From Cyanidioschyzon merolae (taxonomy: Eukaryota): a DNA stretch of 64,000 nt. Where the stretch lies: the NCBI GenBank assembly GCA_000091205.1, contig AP006494.2; one strand, written 5' to 3'. Positions 11,665 through 23,683 of this stretch are shown in pieces; the stretch's first letter is position 1; the number at the start of each line of letters is the position of its first letter. The notes under the pieces are model-generated. The model made no database searches and was not told the origin of the DNA. It was given only the letters and a program-made list of their open reading frames with translations. A program made the translations under genes and the position numbers.

Positions 11665-12102
11665 ATGGTCAAGTTCATCAAGCCGGGCAAGGCCGTGATC
11701 GTTACCTCGGGAAGACAAGCAGGTCATAAGGCCATAATCGTTCGTTGCTATGATGAGGGCGGTAGCACCCGCAAGTTTAACCACGCCCTCGTTGTCGGCG
11801 TCGAGCGGTACCCCCTGAGAGTCACACGTGAGATGAGCGAGAAGCGTATCGCGAAGCGGTGTCGAATTCGACCTTTTGTGAAGTTTGTGAACTACGTGCA
11901 CATGCTGCCGACGCGGTATAATGTGGACTTTTACGACGAGCTCCGTCAGGTGCTACCGGAAACGCTCGGACTGGGCACGGCGGACGACCCCTGGACCACC
12001 CTGGAGAGTCGACGGAGCTGTCGCATCGCGGTGAAGAAGATCCTAGAACAGAAATACCTGACGGGAAAGTATCGATGGTTTTTCACTAAACTCCGGTTCT
12101 AA
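11665..12102 (+). CDS. RPL27: 60S ribosomal protein L27 (eL27)
   Basis: MVKFIKPGKAVIVTSGRQAGHKAIIVRCYDEGG...HALVVGVERYPLRVT...KRIAKRCRIRPFVKFVNYVHMLPTRYNVD...KYLTGKYRWFFTKLRF. ATG at 11665; the track ORF starts upstream at 11545 in the same frame but homology begins at 11665. Confidence 0.92.
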   Translation: MVKFIKPGKAVIVTSGRQAGHKAIIVRCYDEGGSTRKFNHALVVGVERYPLRVTREMSEKRIAKRCRIRPFVKFVNYVHMLPTRYNVDFYDELRQVLPETLGLGTADDPWTTLESRRSCRIAVKKILEQKYLTGKYRWFFTKLRF

Positions 12103-14543
12103 GCTTGCTTGTTTGGACAAGCCGCATCGACGAGTGAACCGACTTGCCTCCGAAGAGCTGGCCGTGCGCTGAGCCTGCCGGTTTGGAGTGGTCAGTACGC
12201 TGCGCTGGACACCGAATAGAAGAAACTTATCCGATTTTGATGATGATGATGATGATGATACACGGGGAGGTATCGTGTTCAGGAGCACCTCGACGAGCGC
12301 GAGATTCCTGTCTAAACGTGAACGCGAGTATTTTTGGACACGAGGATGTTTGCAGGAAAACTTGATTCCTATGGTTGCAGGACCTATATCCAGCTTCAGG
12401 GAATCGTACCTTGTCCTTCCTTAAAAGTCATGGTGTCTGAGGCGCTCGCGTATGTCTCAGGAAGCAGTTCGAATACGCGGAGAGTGCCCTGTTGCCTAAC
12501 CCAGAAACCCGGGACGCTGCCTTTACCGGTCATTGAGTGCCAGTGAGCGCTGCCTTGAATGCGAGATGACGCTAGCCACGGGGCCGTGCGAGTCGATGCG
12601 AACTTGCCGAAGCGTCGCTTCTGATATGCGACTTGCGCCAAATGCCGCTGGTACTGCATTCGACAGCCGGTCTTTCGTGGTACCGTGAATGCAATCCGGT
12701 TCACAGATGCTAATCGCCGACGTAAACAAATAGAGTTATCAGCCGGAAGCTCTTGTTTCCAATGCGCAGAATAGGATGTGGGCATTGCGTCCCCGATAAC
12801 ATGCGTGAGCGATGCGATTGGTGATCGATCCTGTACGGGAACCTCCCTGGAGAAGACACATCGCTCCATTCGGGATCGGTCCAGCGCGTCAGGTGCACGC
12901 TTCGCGCTTGAAACAGGAGCTGCAGTGTTCTGGTCGCTCCGCTGCAGACAGACGAGCGCACGCTGGCAAGCACCCTGGGGAACGCGCACCGCCGCCCCGA
13001 CGCCATGCCAGCGATGCAACCGGCATCCGAACTTGTCTGCGGTTTACCGGACAAGGACAGGCAAGCGATTGCTAGTGCGTCACTGCTGGAGTATCTGGCG
13101 TCTATGTTCATGGTGTGCTTGCCGCGTTATTCCTCGAGCTCTCCCTGCATCTACGTCGAGATGCTGCCCGTGTCTGTTGAGAGCGAGCGATCTGCGGTCG
13201 ATTGCCTTCCTCTCTGATTCTAAGGGATCAGTGATTGTATCCGGAGGTCGCTCAGCGCACGACTTCGACCCATGTACGGGGAAGCAGTCTTCGCTCAGTT
13301 CGAGAGTCGCTATGTTTCTGGAAATGTGGGCGAGACTTGCCTGCGGGGTCATGGTTCGTTCGAGTGACATTCCTTGCAGTATTGTGGTAGAGACCGAACG
13401 CCTTTGCCGTTTCCTCACATGCCTCAGCATAAGGGCTGAATAGAGACCGTCCCGCTGGTCTCCGAACCGCACCCAAGGGACCGGTGTGCTGCATGACCAG
13501 CCAACCCGCTGACACGTGCCTTGCTACGACGTAGAATCCGTACATCTGGGCAAAAAATCCTGAATGCAAAGTAGCAGTTCTGACTCCCTGCTCAGGTACG
13601 GATGAAGCGAATCAGCAGCGCGCAGTCAGGATGCCAGCGGCTCCAAGGCACTATGGTGAGAACGCCCGTGCGTCCGGAACAACCACGGGGTGTGCTCGCC
13701 CAAAGCGCTCCAGCCTCAGGGAATCAGCGGCGAGGAACAAACTCTCTCTCTCTCTCCGATGCGACTGCTTCCAAAAGACCGCGAACATTCGCAATACAAA
13801 CACACCAGAAACGAACCTGACAAGTGCTCACCCAGTAGAACACGAGCCGGGAGCGCAACGATGCCAGCGCTCGCTCCATGCGCTGCGTTTCTGGCGCTCT
13901 CCCAACAGTGCCTGGCTCCCGGAATCCTCGTTCGAGGTGCCACAGATGCGGCTCTATCCATGCCCCTTGTCCCGTGTTGGAGCGATCTCTGGTCAGCGTC
14001 AGGAGCTCAGAATGCCCCTGGTATGCCACTCTGATCTCATTCATCGACATGAATCATCATTCATGGCATTGCTGCATGGAACTGCAGGCGTATCGAGGCC
14101 CGTCACCCTGCAGCCGCTGCAAGGCCGATTCATGAGCTGTCACGTCCTCGAGCCGACGCCCTCTGTGCTACAGAGAAAAGCCGTTCTGTCACCGTGATGC
14201 ATCCGTACCAACGGTATAAGCGCTTTTGCGGATGATTAGGGCAGGCACTCGGCACACGATAGAACGTATGAAACGACCAGAATACCCGAGAAGAAGTATA
14301 GGCAATGGAACTTGGAAGCACGGGTTTTGACAGATACTTTACCGCACCCTGAAAAACAGACAAACAAACAAAGAGAAAGAAGAGAAAAAACGCACAATCC
14401 AAGAGCGCCGGCCTTCGGAAAAATTGCGTCAAATTGGATAAAAACCAGCTGGCACCAGCGAGCGCGCATCTCATGTTGCCGCGCACTGACCTGCCCTGGA
14501 GCAACGCCCTGGGCAAGCGACAGAGCGTACGCTGCACCTTGAC

Positions 14544-15623
14544 ATGGCTCGGGGCGACGACCACGCCACTCAGCCGTGGGTAGAAAAGTATCGACCAAGG
14601 CGACTGGACGACGTTACACAGCAGCACGAGACCATTCGCGCTTTGAAGCAACTTCTGTATGGATCCGGAGGCTCCAGCTTGACGGAAAAAGTCGCCAGTC
14701 TGCCGCACCTGCTCTTCTATGGACCGCCTGGAACCGGTAAGACCACCACCGCGCTTGCGCTGTGTCGCGAGCTCTTCCAAAACATCACGAATAGGGAAAC
14801 ACTGCAAAATCGCGTTCTAGAACTCAACGCGAGCGATGAGCGCGGTATTCGCGTTGTGCGGGAGAAAATCAAGCGCTTCGCGCAGTCATCCATCGAGGAG
14901 AGCGTCGACGCACAGGTGCCTGGGTTCAAAATCGTTATTCTGGATGAAGCGGATGCTATTACCGCAGACGCCCAGACAGCTCTTCGTCGCACTATTGAAG
15001 TGCACTCGCGGACGACGCGTTTCGTATTGATCTGCAACTATCTGAGTCGCGTGATACCGCCGCTCGCGAGCCGTTGTGCCAAGTTTCGTTTCAAAGCACT
15101 CGAGGATGGTGCAGTGATAGCACGATTAGAGCACATTGCTAGGACCGAGGGCATGGGGCCGCTACCCCCGGAGGCATCGCGTCTCCTGGCCAAGGCTGCA
15201 GCCGGAGACCTCCGGCGCGCCGTGAACCTGCTCCAGAGCTGCGCCGACTGGGCACGCAGTGCAGACGGCTCCCAGCGCGTTCTTGAACCGGAAATGGTAA
15301 GCGAGGCCGCTTGTATGGTCCCTGCTTCTGTAGTAGAACGATTCTACGATATTTGCGTCTCCCGAAACGAGCCAGTAACGGCGTGCTTTGAAGTCTTGCG
15401 CGGCGGATACCCAGTCGATGAATTGCTTCGTCAAACCCTAGAGCTTTTACTGCTGGACAGTGGTACTCCTCCCGCTCAAGTTCAGATGAACGATTTACAG
15501 CGCTCTGCTATCGCCTTGCACATGGCATGCGCTGAGAAGTATCTCTGCGATGGTGCGACTGAGGCTGTCCAGCTACTGGCATTCGTTGCCAACTGCCGAA
15601 GCGTCTTGCAAGCATCTTCGTGA
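14544..15623 (+). CDS. RFC4: Replication factor C small subunit (RFC4/yeast Rfc2-like clamp-loader AAA+ subunit)
   Basis: ATG at 14544. [114 protein letters not shown]. Collinear with RFC small subunits. Confidence 0.9.
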   Translation: MARGDDHATQPWVEKYRPRRLDDVTQQHETIRALKQLLYGSGGSSLTEKVASLPHLLFYGPPGTGKTTTALALCRELFQNITNRETLQNRVLELNASDERGIRVVREKIKRFAQSSIEESVDAQVPGFKIVILDEADAITADAQTALRRTIEVHSRTTRFVLICNYLSRVIPPLASRCAKFRFKALEDGAVIARLEHIARTEGMGPLPPEASRLLAKAAAGDLRRAVNLLQSCADWARSADGSQRVLEPEMVSEAACMVPASVVERFYDICVSRNEPVTACFEVLRGGYPVDELLRQTLELLLLDSGTPPAQVQMNDLQRSAIALHMACAEKYLCDGATEAVQLLAFVANCRSVLQASS

Positions 15624-16275
15624 GCGTGTCGCTTCGACACTCCTCCGCGCATGCGCCATGGAATCTCGCGGGGGTCTCCACATTTCGGACATGTTGTTGT
15701 GGCGTCGGTTAGCGATTCCAGAGCAAGAATCCGTTCCGCGCGACAACTTGCAACAGGGTCTTGCCCACAGCGCGGCTTCGCGTGCGCTCCATTTCAGGAA
15801 CACGGCCTGCAGACCATTGACCTGGAGCACAGCGCTTACACATGGCCATAACATGGGAGGGTAGCGTATCTGACACGACAATAGCGATCTCGACACAGCG
15901 CCAGCATACGAGTTCTCGCTGAACATGCTGCGATGAATCTTTGAACTGCTATGACATCCTTGCAGCAATGCTTGCATCAGTCTCGCCTGCAGCGTGCTCC
16001 ACCGGTCCACGCAATTGTCTCGTGTAGCGTGCCACTTTGTTGCGTAGATATCGCAGCGCCATGCAGCGTGGTATGCAAGCCAGCTGTCGCCGTGCCCGAA
16101 ACCTGTCTCAGCTCCAGCCTGTACCAGACAGGGATTACGTCATCGCCATCGGACTGCCTCAATGGCCAGTGCTGCAGCAACCGCTACCGCTGCATACAGA
16201 GCATCAGTTAGCCACAGCAGCTGCTGCGGCATATCGTGTGCTTTTCAGCGGACTATGTTCATGTGTTTGCCGCTT

Positions 16276-17010
16276 TCAAGGCTTACGTCGCGGGCGCTCA
16301 GTGTGCGCATCGTCTTTCGTGCTGTCCAGATCGTCGAGGCGTTCCCGGCTGCGTGCCCGCCAGAAAGCATCGATCGTGTTCAGCAAGTTTCTTTGAGCCT
16401 CGTCCCAGCCGAGGAGGGAACCCCTGCGGCCCGCGTCCCACGAGGCACTCATGATTCCATAGGTTAAACCGAATAGCGATACTCCGAAGAGGCCCAGGGT
16501 CGCGTACCCAACCACAGGTGGAATCACGACAACATCGTAACGGTACTTGAGAAAGAAAAAGACTCCGAAAGCGCTCAATCCGAGTAAGAAGGGAACACCC
16601 GCAAACACCACCATTCTGCGCTGCATTCGCTCTGCAACAACCAGAGGCAGCGCTGAGCTTGTGTGCTCCAGTGCCTCCGGCGGGCTGGTCCATTGCGGTG
16701 CGCCGTCCGCCTCGGTACCGTCCTTCACACGCCCGGCAGGTGCCGACCGCCTGCGTGCCTTCGTCTTCGGCTTCTTTTGCATGTATAGTCTCCGTATAGC
16801 GAAATGACAGTGCGTCCCGTTCTGTCGGTTGCGACGCCGTGCCCCGAGTGCACGCGTGTCAAGCGGCTGCACCCTGGCGCGCGTCACTCCGTCACCGGAG
16901 CACTGCACCCACCGCGACAAAAGTTGCGCTTGCAAGACGAAGGCCGACCCAACGCGCTCACGTGCTTCCCGAAGAAGCATGCTTTTGACGTGACGCTTAT
17001 GCTCTGACAT
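16276..17010 (-). CDS. PAM68-like (DUF3464-type) small two-helix membrane protein, putatively plastid-targeted
   Basis: ORF 16276..17064 (TTG at 17064; in-frame ATGs at 17010 and 16782). C-terminal half RMQRRMVVFAGVPFLLGLSAFGVFFFLKYRYDVVVIPPVVGYATLGLFGVSLFGLTYGIMSASWDAGRRGSLLGWDE fits the PAM68/DUF3464 pattern. Basic, hydroxylated N-terminal extension. Confidence 0.5.
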   Translation of the reverse strand: MSEHKRHVKSMLLREARERVGSAFVLQAQLLSRWVQCSGDGVTRARVQPLDTRALGARRRNRQNGTHCHFAIRRLYMQKKPKTKARRRSAPAGRVKDGTEADGAPQWTSPPEALEHTSSALPLVVAERMQRRMVVFAGVPFLLGLSAFGVFFFLKYRYDVVVIPPVVGYATLGLFGVSLFGLTYGIMSASWDAGRRGSLLGWDEAQRNLLNTIDAFWRARSRERLDDLDSTKDDAHTERPRRKP

Positions 17011-17399
17011 TGCCCAAACGTCGCACCAGTGCACTAGCAGCGTTCGTAGGCTACCGTCCACCAACCGTTACCCTGGGTATCTACGCGGATCAGGGGCGCA
17101 CGCGATGAGAGACGCCTGAAACGAGTTTCCATGCTTGTTCCACATTGATCCATATATGTTTCAAAACATGTCGTAAATAGCATTTTATACCGTTTATGTC
17201 TATTTAGATCCAGTTTCGATCACGCGTAGCTTCTGCGTCCCAGGGGACGGCGCAGTGCGCGCTCGACGACCGTCCGCTTTGACTGGGCACTAGTCTGACG
17301 ACGTTTGACCTCTGCAACGACGTCCGCCAGGGTACGGTCGGGGAGTTTCAGCACCTCGACCTCTTCGCTTGTGTTTGCGTAGCGTGTGCAGACCGCAGA
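17011..17399. promoter_or_regulatory. Bidirectional promoter region between PAM68-like (-) and BTF3 (+), with an AT-rich core at ~17150..17220
   Basis: AT-rich segment containing the same ATCCAGTTT nonamer (17208..17216) ~190 bp upstream of the BTF3 ATG. Confidence 0.5.
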
Positions 17400-17957
17400 A
17401 TGAGTGGTGGTGGTGGTGGCGGTGGCGGCGGCGATGCGCCAGATGCTATCGCGGTCGGCAACGAGGCGGCCACCGTGAACCGGGAACGCCTGCTGCGTCT
17501 GCAGCGGCTCTCCGAGCAAGTGCGCATGGGCGGTAAGGGCAGCATGCGAAGGAAAAAGAAGGCAACAGGTGTTCGGCCGGGAGCGACCGACGATAAAAAG
17601 CTACAAGCAGTGATCAAAAGACTGGCGCTTTCACAGATACCCCAGATCGACGAGATCAACATGTTCAAGGATGACGGCACCGTGCTGACGTTTGCTCTCC
17701 CGAAACTGCAGGCAAACATCTCAGCGAACACGTATGTGTTGAGTGGATCAGCACCGCAGCAGCGCCGTCTGGAGGAACTCCTGGATGACGTTGGGGTCTT
17801 ATCACAACTGGGACCGGAGAACCTCGCGCATATTCAGCAGCTGATGCAGCAGCTATCTACGCAAGAGAAACAGAGCGATGATGTACCTCAAGTGCCGGAT
17901 GCGGACTTTGAGGCAGTTGCGACGCAGGCAGCGGACACTACCGCATCCTCGGCTTGA
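17400..17957 (+). CDS. BTF3: Nascent polypeptide-associated complex beta subunit / BTF3
   Basis: ATG at 17400. NRERLLRLQRLSEQVRMGGKGSMRRKKKA...DDKKLQAVIKRLALSQIPQIDEINMFKDDGTVLTFALPKLQANISANTYVLSG matches the NAC-beta family. Unusual poly-Gly N-terminus encoded by (GGT/GGC)n. Confidence 0.85.
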   Translation: MSGGGGGGGGGDAPDAIAVGNEAATVNRERLLRLQRLSEQVRMGGKGSMRRKKKATGVRPGATDDKKLQAVIKRLALSQIPQIDEINMFKDDGTVLTFALPKLQANISANTYVLSGSAPQQRRLEELLDDVGVLSQLGPENLAHIQQLMQQLSTQEKQSDDVPQVPDADFEAVATQAADTTASSA

Positions 17958-19679
17958 GAACGGGTGCCATTGCGGTTTGCAGCTGCCTCGCGCACGTCCT
18001 CGAGGCCTCCTGTGGTGGCGGAACCGCTCCAGTTCATTGTCAGCGTTGTTTCAGCGGGGGCCCCATGTACGAGTCTTTGTGCTGTATATGCTGTGCATCG
18101 ACCAGAGTGATGTCAGTGCGCAGCAGTTTCAGGGGACGGCGAGGAGGTTTTGCAGTGGTAGGGCGGCGGCGGCGGCGGCGGCGGCGGCTGTCGACCTGCG
18201 CCACAGGCGTCGTGTTTTTCCCGTCATCGACAGGGGATTTATGGCGACCAGGGACCTTCGATAGCGCGCTTGATGTCAGCGACTGGGAAAGCGTCTACGC
18301 TTCCATGCCCGAGGCCTGCAATTTCCGTGACCCATCGTTGTCCATGCAGATGCTGGACAGTTCGCATGTGCCAGCGGGCGTCGAGCCTAGCCCGGGCGTT
18401 TGCAATTGCGCATCAAGTGCCTGTGTGCCGATGCAGTTCATAGACAGAACAACTTTGCGATACCACTGAGGGCGTCGGCTCGCACGGCACTGTTCATCTG
18501 ACTCGTCGTCAGTTTATGCTCCGACAGTCTCTGTGCGTACCGAGACTTGCCGGCGCGGCACGACGCGTTGGAGAAGCGCACAGTGGTTCGCGAATCCTGG
18601 ACACTGGGTCTGTCCTCCGCTATGATGTATGGAAGACGTCGCCTGTTCATGACGCGGGTCGCTGTTCGGCACCTATCCCTGAGGCGCAGCACGAACTACT
18701 GGGCCCGCGTGCTCATCCGCTCCACGAGATGCACCATGGGCATCTGCTTTGCAGTGTCGTTCGTGCCAGATGTATCTTAGCGCGCCCTGGGTGCAGCCAA
18801 ATGCTCCAGGAAGCCTGATACAGCTTCACGCATGCAAATAGCAAGAATGCGTATGGTTTCCGGCCCCGTGTATGCCTAAACTCGATCGCTTGATTCATCG
18901 CGCGTTGCAGTTTCTCCGCACCGATCACACAACGCCCGATGATGGTGACGTGCTCGTATCCCATCGGTTCCAAGAGGCTTCGGGTTCCGTCTCTGGATGT
19001 TGCGTTGGTTCCTTCAAACGCCCGACAAACCGTTGCTCGACACGATACGGCACCACGCTCGTAACGCTGCGCACCACCGAGACGTCACACTTGAAGCGAC
19101 ACCGCACGCGGCGGCTGTTCGACAGGGACACGCTGGCGAGCGAAAGCCGGTATCAGTGCGAGATGCCGCACTGGACGGTCGTTGTTCCTGACGACGCACC
19201 ACAGCGGATAGGAAGCAACGTCCACACGAGCGCCCTGCGCGGTGGTACACCCCTAAAGCGATGCTTGCTCAGAATGAAGATCCAGGTGGAGCACCACCGA
19301 CGCTATCCTGTCAGTGTTGCTTGCTGCAATGCCGAGGCAGACGCGTGTACGCTGCGTTCCCCGCAGCGTTCGCGGTATACGGCCCAGGTTTAGATCCGAA
19401 TTCGCGAATTCCCTCTACCACAAGGACGAAGTGATTGTATCCGAGCGTTCACTGAACACCAAGCACCAGTGTAGATGCACCAGTCACCGCATTGTTGGTC
19501 GCGATCAGCGGGATGCATCCGATGCGCCCAAATGGAGCGGATCATGTGTGCATCCAGGAATGCCGCCGACCCGCACTTGTTAGTCACCTGGAGCAGTACA
19601 TTGTGTTTTTACCAGTTTGGGTATTCTCGGTGCAGGCCAGTGTTGATGCCGGTAAGCGTTCGCGATTTTTTGCAAAGCA

Positions 19680-21506
19680 TCAAACCATGACACGAATCTC
19701 GATATCATCGTACGGTGCGGCCTGCTGAACAACGATGCGCTGTTGTGTGGCGAGCACGAGGAGTTCCAGCATAGAGCGGGCAATCACGCGGCGAGATGCA
19801 GCTTCAGCATGCCAGAGTTTCTGGATGCTGAGGGCTTCATTTTGTGGTTGCTCGCGACATTTGGCCACCAAATAGTCCAGCAATCGCTCGGTACGATGCG
19901 TCACTATCGACGGTGAAGCTGCGGCAGAAGAATGAGCACCCGGTGTCGACCAGCTGGACAGCAGCTTCGCGGGCGAGGCCATGGCTCGCTCCAGGCGCAG
20001 CGGGCCAACCTCGGCCGCGTCGCCCGGCACGGGAGATGCACCTGCTGACAAAGCCGATAGTCGCGAGATCTCCGTAGTCGGTAGTCCAAACGAAAAGTTA
20101 CTGTCGTCGAGCGTTCCCAGGACAGGGCTTGCGGCTGCTGGCTCCAACGCCGAGGAACGCTGCTCCTCATGTGCATGTGCGAGGGTCGCTGTATCGTTAC
20201 CATCCCTAGGTTCCGCGGTTGCAGCTTGCGATAGATCGGTCCAATATTTCTGGATATGGCTGTGAACCTGTGCACCCTGGCTGGGTACGATTCGTTGCAG
20301 CAGGTCTGTGAGTTTGGAAATGCCATCCAGCTCTGTAGCGGAATCGTCGATGATCGGACGACGGAGGGTATCGGTTGTATCGGCGAGCGCTCGCCGAATC
20401 ACAGCAGTCGCAAGTTCCAGCTGCGAATCCACATGATACTGGGGAGCCAGCGGCCGGCGGCCTGTCGACTTGCGCCGCTTCTGCCGATGCAGCGTGCTCG
20501 TGTTCATGATGCTACCCGTTTCGTCCAAAAACTTCGAGGAGGGCTCTGCGGAATCACGACGTAGCGAAGACGTCGGCACTGCAGTCTCCGCCGCCAAGCT
20601 CCAGTCAAGGGCTGCTGCCGCGTACGTTGCGCCTTCCGGTTGGACGGTCGGAAGTGACAGGTCAAGCGGCGGCGGCTCGGGCAGCGTTAACGGTACCGAG
20701 CGGAATTGTTCCGGTGTCAAGGCTTGATCCTCCGTGGAGGATTTGGGGTATCCTCCGATACCGGCTGCGGGTGGCGAACCCGCGACAGGCGTCGGCGCGC
20801 GCAAGTGTTCGGCCTCTTCATCGCGTCGGACAACTTCTACAGGCCGAGCGCTTGACTGGAACGATTCGTTTCCGAATAGCGGATCGATGGTGATCTGTTG
20901 CGCATCAACGTGAAACGGCGACGGGTTGAGGTCAGCTCCCGCCTCGCTCGCAAACGGCTGTCCAGCAAATGCATCGTTTGCGAGCGTCCCTGCCGAAGCC
21001 GGATAACCGAAACCAAGCAAGCCGTTCCAGTAGTCGCCCAGTAACAGGAGTGCTGAAGCGCTATGCTGTTCACCGGCATCAGCGGAAGCAACCGTGCGAG
21101 TCGCCTCAGCGGCACCGACCACGTGCTCTGAGAAAGTGATGCTTCCGTACGCTGCCGTGGCCGAAGCGCTCGTCAGCGCGGCGCCTACGCCCTGTGAACC
21201 CGACACAGTGCCACCGGCAACGCGGCCGTCTGTCATCTGATAGGTCAGCTGAAGCTTCGTCAACGCATCCGATGCCTCCTCGAGCACGTACCCCGTCTGC
21301 TTCTGGTGGATACGGCTCACACCGAGAAGCAAACATGCACTGAGCCGCAACGCCATAGGGATTTCTGGGGCCGCTATCTGCTGACACGCGTTCACAATGT
21401 CCGTCGTGAAGACCTGAGCCTTTGTGAGTTTGCTTTGAAACGTTGCCGCAAGCCATATTTTCGCGAGGGGCCCTTTACGAGTCAGCACTTGTTGCGCGTA
21501 GAACAT
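19680..21506 (-). CDS. RAD21: Cohesin kleisin subunit RAD21/SCC1 (Rad21/Rec8 family)
   Basis: ATG at 21506..21504. N-terminus MFYAQQVLTRKGPLAKIWLAATFQSKLTKAQVFTTDIVNACQQIAAPEIPMALRLSACLLLGVSRIHQKQTGYVLEEASDALTKLQL is the Rad21/Rec8 N-domain. C-terminus LELLVLATQQRIVVQQAAPYDDIEIRVMV is the Rad21 C-terminal winged helix. Confidence 0.88.
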   Translation of the reverse strand: MFYAQQVLTRKGPLAKIWLAATFQSKLTKAQVFTTDIVNACQQIAAPEIPMALRLSACLLLGVSRIHQKQTGYVLEEASDALTKLQLTYQMTDGRVAGGTVSGSQGVGAALTSASATAAYGSITFSEHVVGAAEATRTVASADAGEQHSASALLLLGDYWNGLLGFGYPASAGTLANDAFAGQPFASEAGADLNPSPFHVDAQQITIDPLFGNESFQSSARPVEVVRRDEEAEHLRAPTPVAGSPPAAGIGGYPKSSTEDQALTPEQFRSVPLTLPEPPPLDLSLPTVQPEGATYAAAALDWSLAAETAVPTSSLRRDSAEPSSKFLDETGSIMNTSTLHRQKRRKSTGRRPLAPQYHVDSQLELATAVIRRALADTTDTLRRPIIDDSATELDGISKLTDLLQRIVPSQGAQVHSHIQKYWTDLSQAATAEPRDGNDTATLAHAHEEQRSSALEPAAASPVLGTLDDSNFSFGLPTTEISRLSALSAGASPVPGDAAEVGPLRLERAMASPAKLLSSWSTPGAHSSAAASPSIVTHRTERLLDYLVAKCREQPQNEALSIQKLWHAEAASRRVIARSMLELLVLATQQRIVVQQAAPYDDIEIRVMV

Positions 21507-21689
21507 CGCGATTACACCTCCGGTGAACGGACCACTTCAGCCAATTACGACAACTGGTTCGGCGTTGCCAGAGCCCGGGGTGCGCCTCGCGGGAGCAGCC
21601 TAGCGAAGAGACGTCCTGTGCAGTAAGCGTCTCGTTGGGTAAAGCGCGTTGGGTGATTTGGCTTTTCGCCAGCGCAGGGCGCTGCCACG

Positions 21690-21795
21690 CAACACGTTTT
21701 GGCGCGCTCGATCGCCCGATGGCTTCGTGACGCATCGCGCGTTTCGCTTCGCGTGACGCGCTCGATCGCCCTATGGTTTCGTGACGCATCGCGCG
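21690..21795. repeat. ~45-bp imperfect tandem duplication (GCGCTCGATCGCCCKATGGYTTCGTGACGCATCGCGCG x2)
   Basis: Read directly. Upstream of RAD21. Confidence 0.75.
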
Positions 21796-23683
21796 TGACG
21801 CGATCTAGCGGCGCTGGTGGCGTTTGCCCTGGCATTCGGCCGATCGCTGTGCTCTGCTGTGCTGGGTGTTCGTTGCCATTATAGCTGTCAGAGGCGTTCG
21901 CTTCACTGGATGCTGGGCGAATGCATCGACGTGGTCGAGTGTTGATCAATGTTTCGAATTCACATGCCAAAGCGGAATCGTCATCGGGTCGTTGGTGGTC
22001 TGCAAAGAATCGGGCAGTCCGCCGTATCGCATCGGGGGATCCTGACTACGACGAACAGACGCGTTCGCGGTACGCTGGTGTCTTGACGCTCCTCGTGAGA
22101 AGCCTAGGGCGGTTCAGTGCATCTATCTAGGTTACATGAGCAGAAAGACTCCCGGAAAAAGTGACAATTGATTAGCGAATGTAGCAGCGGAGACCGGTGC
22201 CCCTGCCCGTGATCATCAGGTCTGTACGGCAGTGTTGGCAGGGAATCTCGACGTATTGGATACACAAAGATGGAAACACCGGTCTCACAGGATCCTTCGT
22301 TCCCGTTGCAGGTATTTGGTATCCTTTGCGGCGTACGGGCTAAACGAAGAAACAAGTGCGCTTTCCATGCCGCTGTGAGCGCCTCGTTGGATGCCACGTC
22401 GCCGTACCTACACGCCGTGGTACGCCCGCAGCCGCCATGCGCCTCGATCATGCACCGCAATGCAGTGCTGCGCCGAGGCGCTCGCCTCGAGTGCCTCGAA
22501 CGCATCCATGCCATCATGAATGCGACGGATCCTACGCGCATCCAGTCCGGTTGCTTCTGGGGTTTGGCATGGAGCATCCGACCAGTCGTATCTGAAACGC
22601 AACCCTCAACGATATCCAGGGGATCGGTCTCATCTCGACTGCGACTCTACGAGAGACTCGGTGCATCTTGGTTCTAGACGGTCTCCAAACGATGCATCCA
22701 AGCGAACCGCTGGGACCTGCAAACGTCGGCGGTATCCAGGATGCCATGCCGTACACTGAGCCAATGATCAGCGATAGGTGCCTACTGCATCCGCCTCCCG
22801 GTTGCAGCAGCGAGGCAGGCCTCCAGCGACTCCGCCTCTGCCCAGAAGCGGAAGCGAAAGGCGCCCTGACAGCGATTGCGTTTTGGCGCCTCGATCGATT
22901 GCATGATGGTGCTTCACAGTACATTTATGGAACATTAGGTATTAAAATGGTCATAAATATACAAGCGTCTTGCGCATCGAACTCCAAAGCAGGTGTTTGG
23001 CGACGCACCCAGGTGGCTCCAGCGTTGCTTGTGCATAGCGGCTCAGCGGGAACGCTTGCACGGAAAGCCCTCTAATAAACCAGTCTTTTCGCATACTTTG
23101 GTGGAAAGCTTCGGTCGTCCTGAATATCAAGTGCGAGACTGGCTGCCAAAAGAGTCTAGAACTTGGACGAACAGGTTTTTCGCTGAACTGCAGTTCGCCC
23201 TGTACGTGCCGGTGGGAGCGCGCGGGCCTCCCCTGTGCCTGCACGACTGCGGAGGCGCACCTGCCGCTGGTATTGCGGCACTGACTTGGAACTGCGTCCG
23301 TGCGGAGTGCACGTACACTCGGCGGAAGTGAGAAGTGTTCGTGTTATTGCCGGTGCTGGTGCTATTGCTGCAACGCGCTCGCACAGTGTGGTGACAAGCG
23401 GCACAGCGTCGACGAGCGCTGCCGCTCCTCAACGAGAACACGCCACGCAGAAAACGCTCACCGCGGATCGCTATCTACGTGAGCGCGTGTTCCTGAAGCT
23501 TATCCGCGCGCCGGGTTCACGCGCTCGCTGACAAATCGGCAACCAGGTTTTGTCCTGGAAGCAGTAGGTCCCACGCGAGCGTGCTGTCGCTACCGCGCTT
23601 AGCACAAACCTTTCCAAGACGGGGTTTACGCGACTTGGGCCCGAACAGTGCTTTTGCCTGCATTTCATTGTAACACGAAGCAC